In this document: positions 8,060 to 16,027 of the stretch, piece after piece | Numbering within the stretch: position 1 is the first letter of the stretch | Layout: each line of letters begins with the position of its first letter | Assembly (NCBI RefSeq): GCF_000734015.1 | Contig: NZ_CP008796.1 | Span: 60,001-92,000, forward strand | Origin: Thermodesulfobacterium commune DSM 2178 | GTDB taxonomy: Bacteria; Desulfobacterota; Thermodesulfobacteria; Thermodesulfobacteriales; Thermodesulfobacteriaceae | DNA length: 32,000 nt | Reading direction: 5' to 3' | Program-made: the position numbers and the translations under genes | The notes under the pieces: model-generated | Database searches by the model: none | What the model was told of the DNA's origin: nothing | The model's input: only the letters and a program-made list of their open reading frames with translations

Positions 8060-8623
8060 ATGGCTTATACTACTTCAGATTTCAGAAGAGGTTTAAAAAT
8101 AGAATGGGAGGGGAAACCCTACGAGATTTTAGAGTTTCAGCATGTCAAGATTTCCAAAAACCAGCCTACGGTTAGAACTAGATTAAAAGACTTGACTACT
8201 GGAAGGGTTTTTGAGGTAAACTTTCGTGCAGGAGAAAAGTTTGAAAAACCTGACTTACAAGAAAAGGAGATGCAGTTTTTATACAAGGAAAAAGGACAAT
8301 ATGTATTTATGGATTTAGAGGATTATGACCAGGTTTACCTTAGAGAAGAAGAAGTAGGGGAGGCAGCAAAGTTTCTCAAAGAAAACTTAAATGTTTATAT
8401 CATCTATTATCGGGGGAAGGTGATAGGTATAGACCTTCCTAACATCGTGGAGTTAGAGGTGATAGATACTGAGCCAGGGGTTAGAGGGGATACCGTTGGT
8501 TCTGCTACCAAGCCGGCTACCCTTGAAACCGGAGCTGTCATTCAAGTACCACTTTTTATCAACAAAGGGGACAAGATAAAGGTAGATACCAGGACAGGCG
8601 AATATATCGAGAGGGCTGTATAG
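8060..8623 (+). CDS. efp: Translation elongation factor P
   Basis: 187 aa. The three-domain EF-P pattern is clear, for example GVRGDTVGSATKPATLETGAVIQVPLFI and KIKVDTRTGEYIERA. The loop that normally reads KPGKGQA reads KISKNQP here. Confidence 0.92.
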   Translation: MAYTTSDFRRGLKIEWEGKPYEILEFQHVKISKNQPTVRTRLKDLTTGRVFEVNFRAGEKFEKPDLQEKEMQFLYKEKGQYVFMDLEDYDQVYLREEEVGEAAKFLKENLNVYIIYYRGKVIGIDLPNIVELEVIDTEPGVRGDTVGSATKPATLETGAVIQVPLFINKGDKIKVDTRTGEYIERAV

Positions 8624-8836
8624 ATGCTTACTCTTAAAAAACTTCAGGAGTTTAAAGAATATTTAGAAAGTGGAGCTTTTATAGAGGATTTTGAGATGAG
8701 ACCTAAGGATGGACAAGAAGAGATGTTAGATATGATAGAGACCCTTTTTCAGATTTGTGAGATAGCAGATGAGGTGATATCTAAACATTTTTACAGAAAA
8801 TGGGGCGAAGAGGTATTGAAAAAGCCTTCTGATTAG
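8624..8836 (+). CDS. Hypothetical acidic 70-aa protein, translationally abutted to efp
   Basis: The ATG sits directly after the efp TAG with a 0-nt gap, and the frame stays open. I recognise no motif. Confidence 0.5.
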   Translation: MLTLKKLQEFKEYLESGAFIEDFEMRPKDGQEEMLDMIETLFQICEIADEVISKHFYRKWGEEVLKKPSD

Positions 8837-8838
8837 AA

Positions 8839-9189
8839 ATGGTTTATTTTATACGAGCAAGAACTTATCATAAATATGCCCAAGATCTATTTAAAGACCT
8901 TCATCTTTACAAACAAAAACCAGAGGAATTTAGGAAAAAGGCTCAAGAAATTTTCCAAACAGGGCTCAAAGCCCTTTGGTCTCTTTCTCAGATAACTCCT
9001 CCAGACACACCTCCATCTTTCCAAGAAATCTGGCAAAAAGCTGTAGAAGCCGTCGACCCAGAAGACCAGGAAGTCCTTTTAACCACTAAAAAGGTGATTT
9101 TTTCTGAAGAGCAAGATCTGGAAAAGGTTTATCAGTCTTTAAAGGATTTCTTAGCAATCCTTCAAAAAGCCCTCAAACCTATCCTTTAA
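8839..9189 (+). CDS. Hypothetical 116-aa helical protein
   Basis: The ATG lies 2 nt after the preceding stop. The composition predicts an all-helical protein. I recognise no catalytic motif. Confidence 0.5.
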   Translation: MVYFIRARTYHKYAQDLFKDLHLYKQKPEEFRKKAQEIFQTGLKALWSLSQITPPDTPPSFQEIWQKAVEAVDPEDQEVLLTTKKVIFSEEQDLEKVYQSLKDFLAILQKALKPIL

Positions 9190-9251
9190 CCCATAGTGGT
9201 TTGTTCGATGGTGAAAAATTTTTTCTTGAATTTTTGTAATTCGATGTTATT

Positions 9252-11156
9252 GTGTGGGGAACTATGAAAGATTTTTTACGGTCTTATAAATCTTACATTC
9301 TAATTCTGATTTCAGTTTTATTTGGCTGGACTTTAGGTATTTGGTTTATCTATTATAACTTTCAGAAGCAAAAGCAAACTATTTTTTCAAACCACTTAGA
9401 CCATAAGCTTGCGATGTACAATTCGGTCCTTTATTCGATGAAAGAGTTAACCTCCCTTTATGCCCAAGGGATAGGAGCCTCTCAAAACATAAAAAACATT
9501 TTTACAACCTATAAGGAGAATGAAGAGGTCTTAAGAAAGAAGATCTATCAGTTTCTTTTGCCTTTTATCAAAAGCCTTGTCAGTTTAGAAATAGACCTTC
9601 ATTTTCATACTCAAGAAGGAAGGAGTCTTTTAAGATTTTATAATCCTTCTGTTTATGGAGAGGATCTTACTCAATATAGAGAAGACGTGGTTTATGTAAT
9701 GACACACAAAAAACCTGTGTTTGGATTTTCTACAGGAAAAATGCTGAGTGGTTTTAGACATACTTTTCCTTTACTTGATGAAAGAGGGGATTACCTAGGA
9801 GGTGTTGATTTTATCATTTCTTTAAAACATTTTGAAAAGTTGGTTTATCAGCTAAACCCAGGAGCTTGTTTCAGGCTGATTTTTAATAAAAAAGAGACGG
9901 TAGACAAACTTGAAGAACCATATAAGTCTCAGTTTTCGCACAGTTTTTTTGGAGAAGACTTGGTTGAATACCAGGGGAGTTTTAGAAATGACAGTTTATG
10001 TGGTAGTACCTTACACGGTTTACAGCAAGACCTTAAATTTAAAAAGGCCATATCTTCAGATAAGCCACATATTGTTGAGTTAAAACAACAAGGAAAAGTT
10101 TATGAGGTAGTAACCCTTCCTATCAAGGATTTTAAAGAAAAAACTGTAGGGTATTTGTTAATCATCCAGAGGGCAGAGGCGGTAGAGGGGTTATATAAAG
10201 AGTTTTATAGGAATGTTTATATTTACACCCTCTTATTGCTGTTGATACTTTTTATTTCTTTTTACACCAACCGTAAAGCAAGGGAAAGCTTTTTGGAACG
10301 GAAAAAATTTAATACGGTTATTCAGTTCATGGAAAGTGCCGTTTATACGGTGAAAGAACTTAAGATTAACTTTGTAAACCCAAAACTTTTAAAACTTTTA
10401 GGGTATTCAGAAGAAGATTTGATCGGAAAGAGGGACCATGAGGTTTTTGTAGAGCCGGTAGATGACAGGTGTGAGATATGTGAGGCTATTTCAAAAGGAG
10501 AGGAATTTACAGGGGATATGGTTCTTAAAAAGAAAGATGGTTCTTACTTGATAGCTAACGTTAAGGTTTCTCATGTTAGAGATGAGTTAGGAAAGGTCGT
10601 TGAAACAGTCGTATGTTTTTGGGATATAACTTTAAGAAAAAAATTAGAAGATGCACTTTACTTAAACTCTATCACCGACCCACTTACCAGGCTTTTTAAC
10701 AGAAGGTTTATAGCTACGGTTTTAGAAAATCTTAAAGAAAAAGCCAGCGAGACCAAACAAACTTTTTCAGTAATTATAATAGATATAGATAACTTTAAAA
10801 GGATAAACGACCTTTATGGGCATGACGTAGGTGATGAGGTTTTGAGTGTTCTTGCTGAAACTTTAAAAGGACAGCTTAGAGACCAGGATATAGTTGGGCG
10901 CTGGGGAGGAGAAGAGTTTATCGTGGTTTTACCAGAAACAGACCTTAAAAATTCAGTTTTGGTAGCAGAAAAACTAAGAAAAGCAGTAGAAGATTTAGAA
11001 ATAGGTATTCATCGGCTTAAAATCACCATAAGCCTAGGGGTAAGTGAATACCGTTTAAAAGAAAAAGAAGAAATCGCAAGCTTGATAAAACGAGCAGACT
11101 CAGCCCTTTATTTAGCAAAAAGGTCGGGAAAAAATTGCGTAAAATTTGAAACATGA
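9252..11156 (+). CDS. Membrane sensor diguanylate cyclase (periplasmic Cache-like domain, PAS, GGDEF)
   Basis: Two TM segments flank a periplasmic region of about 285 aa. A PAS region follows (KELKINFVNPKLLKLLGYSEEDLIG). The GGDEF domain has an active-site GGEEF and an RxxD I-site (RDQD) exactly 5 residues upstream. The true start may be the ATG at 9264. Confidence 0.85.
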   Translation: MWGTMKDFLRSYKSYILILISVLFGWTLGIWFIYYNFQKQKQTIFSNHLDHKLAMYNSVLYSMKELTSLYAQGIGASQNIKNIFTTYKENEEVLRKKIYQFLLPFIKSLVSLEIDLHFHTQEGRSLLRFYNPSVYGEDLTQYREDVVYVMTHKKPVFGFSTGKMLSGFRHTFPLLDERGDYLGGVDFIISLKHFEKLVYQLNPGACFRLIFNKKETVDKLEEPYKSQFSHSFFGEDLVEYQGSFRNDSLCGSTLHGLQQDLKFKKAISSDKPHIVELKQQGKVYEVVTLPIKDFKEKTVGYLLIIQRAEAVEGLYKEFYRNVYIYTLLLLLILFISFYTNRKARESFLERKKFNTVIQFMESAVYTVKELKINFVNPKLLKLLGYSEEDLIGKRDHEVFVEPVDDRCEICEAISKGEEFTGDMVLKKKDGSYLIANVKVSHVRDELGKVVETVVCFWDITLRKKLEDALYLNSITDPLTRLFNRRFIATVLENLKEKASETKQTFSVIIIDIDNFKRINDLYGHDVGDEVLSVLAETLKGQLRDQDIVGRWGGEEFIVVLPETDLKNSVLVAEKLRKAVEDLEIGIHRLKITISLGVSEYRLKEKEEIASLIKRADSALYLAKRSGKNCVKFET

Positions 11157-11169
11157 TATTATGTAGGTT

Positions 11170-11364
11170 ATGGAACAAGAGAGAATTAGAGTTTATTTAG
11201 AGGTACTTGCTTGTCCTAAATGTAAAGGCGAGCTTGAGTTTTTGGTTTTTCAGGATAAAGAAGGATTTGTTTGCAAGACCTGTAAACTACTTTATCCGAT
11301 AGTAGAAGACATCCCGGTGATGTTGGTAGAAGAGGCTTTAAAACTTGAAGATTTAAGTTTTTGA
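11170..11364 (+). CDS. Trm112/YcaR-like small zinc-ribbon protein (UPF0434)
   Basis: 64 aa with CPKCKG...CKTCKLLYPIVEDIPVML, the classic Trm112p-like pattern. Confidence 0.75.
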   Translation: MEQERIRVYLEVLACPKCKGELEFLVFQDKEGFVCKTCKLLYPIVEDIPVMLVEEALKLEDLSF

Positions 11365-11365
11365 G

Positions 11366-11899
11366 ATGAGCCATCCTAAAGAACCAGCTCCTGTCTGTTT
11401 CTTTATAGCTCTGACTACTCAGGATTTTTCTATAGGAGAACAGGCTTTAACTCCTTTAACCTCAGAGCTTGGAGGAGTAATTTTTTCCTCTGAAGCTTTT
11501 GACTTTTCTTCTTTCACCCATTACTACGAGAAAGAAATGGGAAGAAATCTAAAAAAGAGGTTTTATTTTTTTGAAAATTTGAAAAGTCCTGATTTTTTGG
11601 TGGAGTTAAAACATATTTGTTACAAGATAGAGCTTTCTTATACCACAGAATTTGGGAAAAGAAAGGTTAACCTTGACCCAGGATATGTGGAACTTTCTAA
11701 GGTAGTTTTGTCCACCTTTAAAGATTATGCTCACAGGATTTATTTAGGTAGGGGAGTATTTGCTGAAGTTACCTTGATATACAAGGATAAAAGTTTTATC
11801 AGTCTTCCCTGGACTTATCCAGACTACCAGGCCTTTATTCCGGTTTTTAACCAGGCGAGAGAGATTTACAAGGGATTGAAAAAGAGGTCTTTATGCTGA
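11366..11899 (+). CDS. DUF4416 family protein
   Basis: The block NLDPGYVELSKVVLSTFKDYAHRIYLGRGVFAEVTLIYKD...LPWTYPDY matches the remembered DUF4416 signature. This was not searched. Confidence 0.6.
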   Translation: MSHPKEPAPVCFFIALTTQDFSIGEQALTPLTSELGGVIFSSEAFDFSSFTHYYEKEMGRNLKKRFYFFENLKSPDFLVELKHICYKIELSYTTEFGKRKVNLDPGYVELSKVVLSTFKDYAHRIYLGRGVFAEVTLIYKDKSFISLPWTYPDYQAFIPVFNQAREIYKGLKKRSLC

Positions 11900-12852
11900 T
11901 AGACCCTTTTGGAAGGAAAATAGAGTATCTCAGGATCTCTGTAACCGATAAGTGTAATTTTAGATGTATTTATTGTTTTACCCATAAAAACTGGAAATGG
12001 TTGCCACACCATGAAATTCTTAGGCTTGAGGAAATAGAAGAGGTGGTTAAGGTAGGTGCTAAGCTTGGGGTTAAAAGGGTAAGGATTACCGGAGGAGAGC
12101 CTCTGGTGAGAAAAAACATAGAAAGTCTGGTAGAAAGGATTGCCAGTATTTCAGGGATAGAAGATTTAAGTCTTACCACCAACGGCTATTTTCTTGAGGA
12201 GCTTGGGGAAAAACTTAAAAAGGCAGGTTTAAAAAGAATAAACCTTAGTTTAGATACCCTAAACCCAGAAAAATTTTATAAAATCACAGGGGTCGATGGG
12301 TTTTCAAAGGTAAAAAGAGGTTTAGAGTTGGCTTTAGATTTAGGTTTTTCCCCGGTAAAGGTTAACGTGGTAGTGATTAGAGGTTTTAACGACGAAGAGG
12401 TTTTAGATTTGGCTAAGCTTACCTTAGAAAAACCGATAGAGGTAAGGTTTATCGAGTTTATGCCAATAGGAGGAAATTCTCTTTGGGATAAAAGTCACAT
12501 AGTAGACACACAGGAAATCAAAAAAACATTGGAAACATACCGGCCTCTCTTACCTGCTGATTCAGTAGGTGGTGGTCCTGCGAAGGTTTTTAGATGGGAG
12601 GGAGCTAAGGGTAAAATAGGGCTTATCTCTCCTATTTCTGAACATTTTTGCCATAGATGTAATCGCTTTAGGATTACCGCAGACGGAAGGTTAAGGCCTT
12701 GTCTTTTTTCAGACTATGAGATAAACTTAAAAACCGCTTTAAGAGAAAAGAAGGTTTCCTTAGAAGAGTTGTTTCTTCAGGCACTAAAAGTAAAGCCCGA
12801 AGGGCATAGATTAAATTCTACTTTAAAACCTATGAGGGCTATCGGAGGTTAG
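11893..12852 (+). CDS. moaA: GTP 3',8-cyclase MoaA (molybdenum cofactor biosynthesis, radical SAM)
   Basis: The radical-SAM motif CNFRCIYC and the GGEPL motif are present. The C-terminal auxiliary-cluster cysteines are seen in CHRCNRFRITADGRLRPCL. Confidence 0.92.
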   Translation: MLIDPFGRKIEYLRISVTDKCNFRCIYCFTHKNWKWLPHHEILRLEEIEEVVKVGAKLGVKRVRITGGEPLVRKNIESLVERIASISGIEDLSLTTNGYFLEELGEKLKKAGLKRINLSLDTLNPEKFYKITGVDGFSKVKRGLELALDLGFSPVKVNVVVIRGFNDEEVLDLAKLTLEKPIEVRFIEFMPIGGNSLWDKSHIVDTQEIKKTLETYRPLLPADSVGGGPAKVFRWEGAKGKIGLISPISEHFCHRCNRFRITADGRLRPCLFSDYEINLKTALREKKVSLEELFLQALKVKPEGHRLNSTLKPMRAIGG

Positions 12853-13728
12853 ATGGAAAATAAAGAGGTTCAGGTTTGGTTGAGTGCTGGCACCTTAAAA
12901 CAGGGATATCCTGACATGGCATTAAAACTCTTCAAGCCTCTTCCTAAAGGCACTTATGTTTTGGTAGAGATGCCTGATGAAAGAAAGGAAGTTTGTTTGC
13001 TCACCGAGGTTTCTTATAAGATTTCCTTTGATGTAGAAGGAATTCCTGTAGTTTTGCGAAAGGCTACCCTTAAAGAAATCAAAGAATATGAGAAAAAGTT
13101 AGAACTGGAAGAGAAAGGCAAAGAGTTTTGCCTCCAGTTTGCTAAAGAGCTTGGACTTGAGATGAATTTGGTAAGGGTCGATTGCTTTTTTGATAGGAGT
13201 AAGATCATCTTTTTTTACACCGCAGAGGGCAGGATTGATTTCAGGCAGCTGGTAAAGGAGTTGGCCAGGGCTTTGAGGATGAGAATAGAGATGAGGCAGA
13301 TAGGGGTGAGAAACGAAACAGCCATTTTAGGAGGGATAGGTTATTGCGGAAGAGAGTTTTGTTGCGCCAGGTTCTTAAAGTCCTTCACCCCTCTTTCTAT
13401 TAAGTTTGCTAAAGAGCAAGGGCTTATCCTTGACCCTAATAAAATTTCAGGTCCTTGTGGAAGGTTGCTTTGTTGTCTAAGTTATGAGATGGAGGTATAT
13501 AGAGAATTTTTAGAAAATTTACCTAAGCTTGGGAGTAAGATTAAGATTAATGAAGAATCTTATCGGGTTTTAAAATATCACTTTTTTCAAAGATTAGTTT
13601 ACTTAGAAACAAAAGATGGTCAAGTTATTACCTTACCTGTTGAAGAATTAAAGTCTTACATTTTAGAGCAGTTAGAAGATTCTTCTGTTGAAGATCAATT
13701 GAAGAACCTTGAAGAGGAGGAGGATTGA
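12853..13728 (+). CDS. PSP1 domain protein (YaaT/RicT-like)
   Basis: The block IEMRQIGVRNETAILGGIGYCGREFCCARFL and the GPCGRLLCCLSYE cysteine motifs are typical of PSP1_C/RicT. Confidence 0.8.
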   Translation: MENKEVQVWLSAGTLKQGYPDMALKLFKPLPKGTYVLVEMPDERKEVCLLTEVSYKISFDVEGIPVVLRKATLKEIKEYEKKLELEEKGKEFCLQFAKELGLEMNLVRVDCFFDRSKIIFFYTAEGRIDFRQLVKELARALRMRIEMRQIGVRNETAILGGIGYCGREFCCARFLKSFTPLSIKFAKEQGLILDPNKISGPCGRLLCCLSYEMEVYREFLENLPKLGSKIKINEESYRVLKYHFFQRLVYLETKDGQVITLPVEELKSYILEQLEDSSVEDQLKNLEEEED

Positions 13729-15611
13729 TGCGGATCTATCTCACTACACCAATTTACTACGTAAACGCTTATCCTCATTTAGGACATGCCTATACCACGT
13801 TGATAGTAGATGGGATTGCCAGGTTTTACAGACTTAAAAATTGGCAGGTATTTTTTCTTACAGGTACAGATGAACACGGGGATAAGATCCAGAAAACAGC
13901 TAAAGATAAAGGACTTTCTCCTCAAGCTTTAGTTGATGAGATAAGTGAATCTTTTAAAAGAACTTGGGATTACTTTGGGATTGGTTATAGTCGTTTTATC
14001 AGGACTACTGAAGAAACCCATAAAAAGACCGTACAAAGGGTTTTGCAGCAACTTTACGAAAAAGGAGAAATCTATCAGGATGAATATGAGGGGCTTTACT
14101 GTGTTGGCTGCGAACGGTTTTTGACGACCAAAGAACTTGACGAACAAGGAAGATGTAAAGACCACCAAAAAACCCCCGAACTTATTAAAGAAAAAAACTA
14201 TTTTTTTAATTTAGAAAAATACCGTTTCTGGTTAAAAGACTACATCCAAAAAAACGACCTGATATATCCTGCTTTTTACAAAGAAGAAGTACTTAACATG
14301 TTAGAAGAAGAGCTTCCTCCGCTTTGTATCTCTCGTCCTAAAAAAAGGCTTGAATGGGGGGTCGAGCTACCTTTTGATAAAGACTACGTAACCTATGTAT
14401 GGTTTGACGCCCTTTTAAACTATCTTACAGGAATAGGTTATCCAGAGGACCCAAATTGGGAGGACTGGTGGAAGGAGTCTCATCACTTTATCGCCAAAGA
14501 CATCCTTAAACCCCATGCAGTTTATTGGCCTATCATGTTAAAAGCCTTGGGATTACCTGTATACAAAAAGCTTTTTGTGCATGGATACTGGCTGGTTGAT
14601 CGGTTAAAAATGTCTAAATCCCTAGGAAACATCGTAGATCCTGTAACCTTGAGCAAAACATACGGTAAAGACCAGCTAAGGTATTTCTTGTTTAGAGAGA
14701 TGGCTTTTGGTTATGATGCAGAGTTTAGTTTTGAAGCTTTTATCACCAGGATAAACGCAGACCTTGCTAATGACTATGGTAACCTTGTTTATCGTACCTT
14801 AAACCTAACAGAAAAATACTTTAACTCTTGTGTTCCCCCTTTAAACGGGCTGACAGAAGAGGACCAGGCTTATTTAGACATGGTGAAGACAGCTTTAGAA
14901 GATTACCATAAGTTGTTTTCTGAACTTCAGTTTCATAGAGCTTTAGAAAGACTTTGGGAAGCCATCAGAGAAGGTAACGTTTACATCGACAGACAGGCCC
15001 CTTGGAGTCTTATAAAAAAAGGAGAGTTAGACAGGGCAGGAACGGTTCTTAGGGTTTTACTTGAAGTTATCAAGAGTTTTGCTATAGCCCTTTCTCCGGT
15101 GATGCCTGAAACCTCTCAGATTTTACTTGAAAATATGTCTTATGAAAGGCCACTTTCTTGGGAAGAGGTTTTTAATTTTAAGGGGTTAAAAGAAGGAGCG
15201 GCTGCTAAAAAAGGGAAGCCTCTTTTTCCAAGAATAGAAGATAAACCAAAGGAGGAAGAAAAGGTGGTAGAAGAAAAGAAAGAAGAGACAGGTTTTATCT
15301 CTATAGATGAGTTTAGAAAAATAGATTTAAGGGTAGGGAAGATAGTCGCTGCAGAAAAGGTCCCAAATGCAGATAAACTTTTAAGGTTAGAAGTGTTATG
15401 CCCAGAAAAAAGACAGATTGTTTCAGGAATAGCCCAGTATTATCAACCTGAGGAATTGATAGGTAAAGAGGTAATTATTGTGGCTAACCTGAAACCTTCT
15501 AAAATCAGAGGAATCCTTTCAGAGGGTATGCTTCTTGCAGCTAAGGATGAAAAGGGATTATGCTTGGTGACCCCTGAGAAAGAAATGGCCCCAGGGGCTA
15601 AAGTTAGCTAA
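13728..15611 (+). CDS. metG: Methionine--tRNA ligase with C-terminal tRNA-binding (EMAP/Trbp111-like) domain
   Basis: The HIGH-type motif is YPHLGHAYT and the KMSKS motif is present. A zinc knuckle is seen in CVGCERF...C..H. The C-terminal block is DLRVGKIVAAEKVPNADKLLRLEV. I place the ATG at 13728, overlapping the upstream TGA; the track starts 3 nt earlier at a TTG. Confidence 0.95.
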   Translation: MRIYLTTPIYYVNAYPHLGHAYTTLIVDGIARFYRLKNWQVFFLTGTDEHGDKIQKTAKDKGLSPQALVDEISESFKRTWDYFGIGYSRFIRTTEETHKKTVQRVLQQLYEKGEIYQDEYEGLYCVGCERFLTTKELDEQGRCKDHQKTPELIKEKNYFFNLEKYRFWLKDYIQKNDLIYPAFYKEEVLNMLEEELPPLCISRPKKRLEWGVELPFDKDYVTYVWFDALLNYLTGIGYPEDPNWEDWWKESHHFIAKDILKPHAVYWPIMLKALGLPVYKKLFVHGYWLVDRLKMSKSLGNIVDPVTLSKTYGKDQLRYFLFREMAFGYDAEFSFEAFITRINADLANDYGNLVYRTLNLTEKYFNSCVPPLNGLTEEDQAYLDMVKTALEDYHKLFSELQFHRALERLWEAIREGNVYIDRQAPWSLIKKGELDRAGTVLRVLLEVIKSFAIALSPVMPETSQILLENMSYERPLSWEEVFNFKGLKEGAAAKKGKPLFPRIEDKPKEEEKVVEEKKEETGFISIDEFRKIDLRVGKIVAAEKVPNADKLLRLEVLCPEKRQIVSGIAQYYQPEELIGKEVIIVANLKPSKIRGILSEGMLLAAKDEKGLCLVTPEKEMAPGAKVS

Positions 15612-15622
15612 AATAAAAAGGT

Positions 15623-15964
15623 TTAGCCTGGAGGCCAACCCATAGTTCTGCCAGCAAGTAAGTGAAAATGTAGATGAAATACCGTCTGCCCTGCCTCTTC
15701 CTTACAGTTTACAACCACCCTGTATCCTCTTTCAGCAAACCCTAAATCTTTGGCTAATCTGTTGATAACAAGATAGATATGCCCGATTAAATCCTTGTCT
15801 TCTTCGGTTAGGTCAAGCAACGTAGAAAGATGCTTTTTAGGAATTACCAAGATATGGTAAGGAGCTTGAGGGTTTATGTCATGAAAAGCTACTACCTTTT
15901 CGTCTTCATAAACGACTTTAGACGGTATTTCTTTTTTAACGATTTTGCAAAATATGCAATCCAT
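15623..15964 (-). CDS. HIT family (HinT-like) nucleotide hydrolase
   Basis: 113 aa with the histidine triad HLHFHLL and an N-terminal CIFCKI. Confidence 0.9.
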   Translation of the reverse strand: MDCIFCKIVKKEIPSKVVYEDEKVVAFHDINPQAPYHILVIPKKHLSTLLDLTEEDKDLIGHIYLVINRLAKDLGFAERGYRVVVNCKEEAGQTVFHLHFHLLAGRTMGWPPG

Positions 15965-15967
15965 AAG

Positions 15968-15992
15968 CCCCCCTTTTAAAAGGGTTTTTTTT
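15968..15992 (+). terminator. Plus-strand intrinsic terminator-like hairpin with T8
   Basis: The perfect palindrome CCCTTTTAAAAGGG (15971-15984) has extra flanking C residues and is followed by TTTTTTTT (15985-15992). On the minus strand no U-tract follows the hairpin, so it is oriented for + strand transcripts. Confidence 0.4.
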
Positions 15993-16027
15993 AAATTTAT
16001 AAAACTTTTGGTTTAAAAAATCAAGGG

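Noticed and set aside
8839-8880. RARTYH (R-x4-H) near the N-terminus of orf116, a possible HEPN RNase motif hinting at a toxin-antitoxin pair with orf70
   Set aside because: The HEPN Rx4-6H motif normally lies toward the C-terminal helices, not at residues 7-12. orf70 has no nucleotidyltransferase (GS...D.D) or other antitoxin signature. The evidence is too thin to call.
9252-9266. Start-codon ambiguity for the diguanylate cyclase (GTG 9252 versus ATG 9264)
   Set aside because: The sequence does not resolve it, because neither start has a strong RBS. I report the longer span. The 4-codon difference has no functional consequence.
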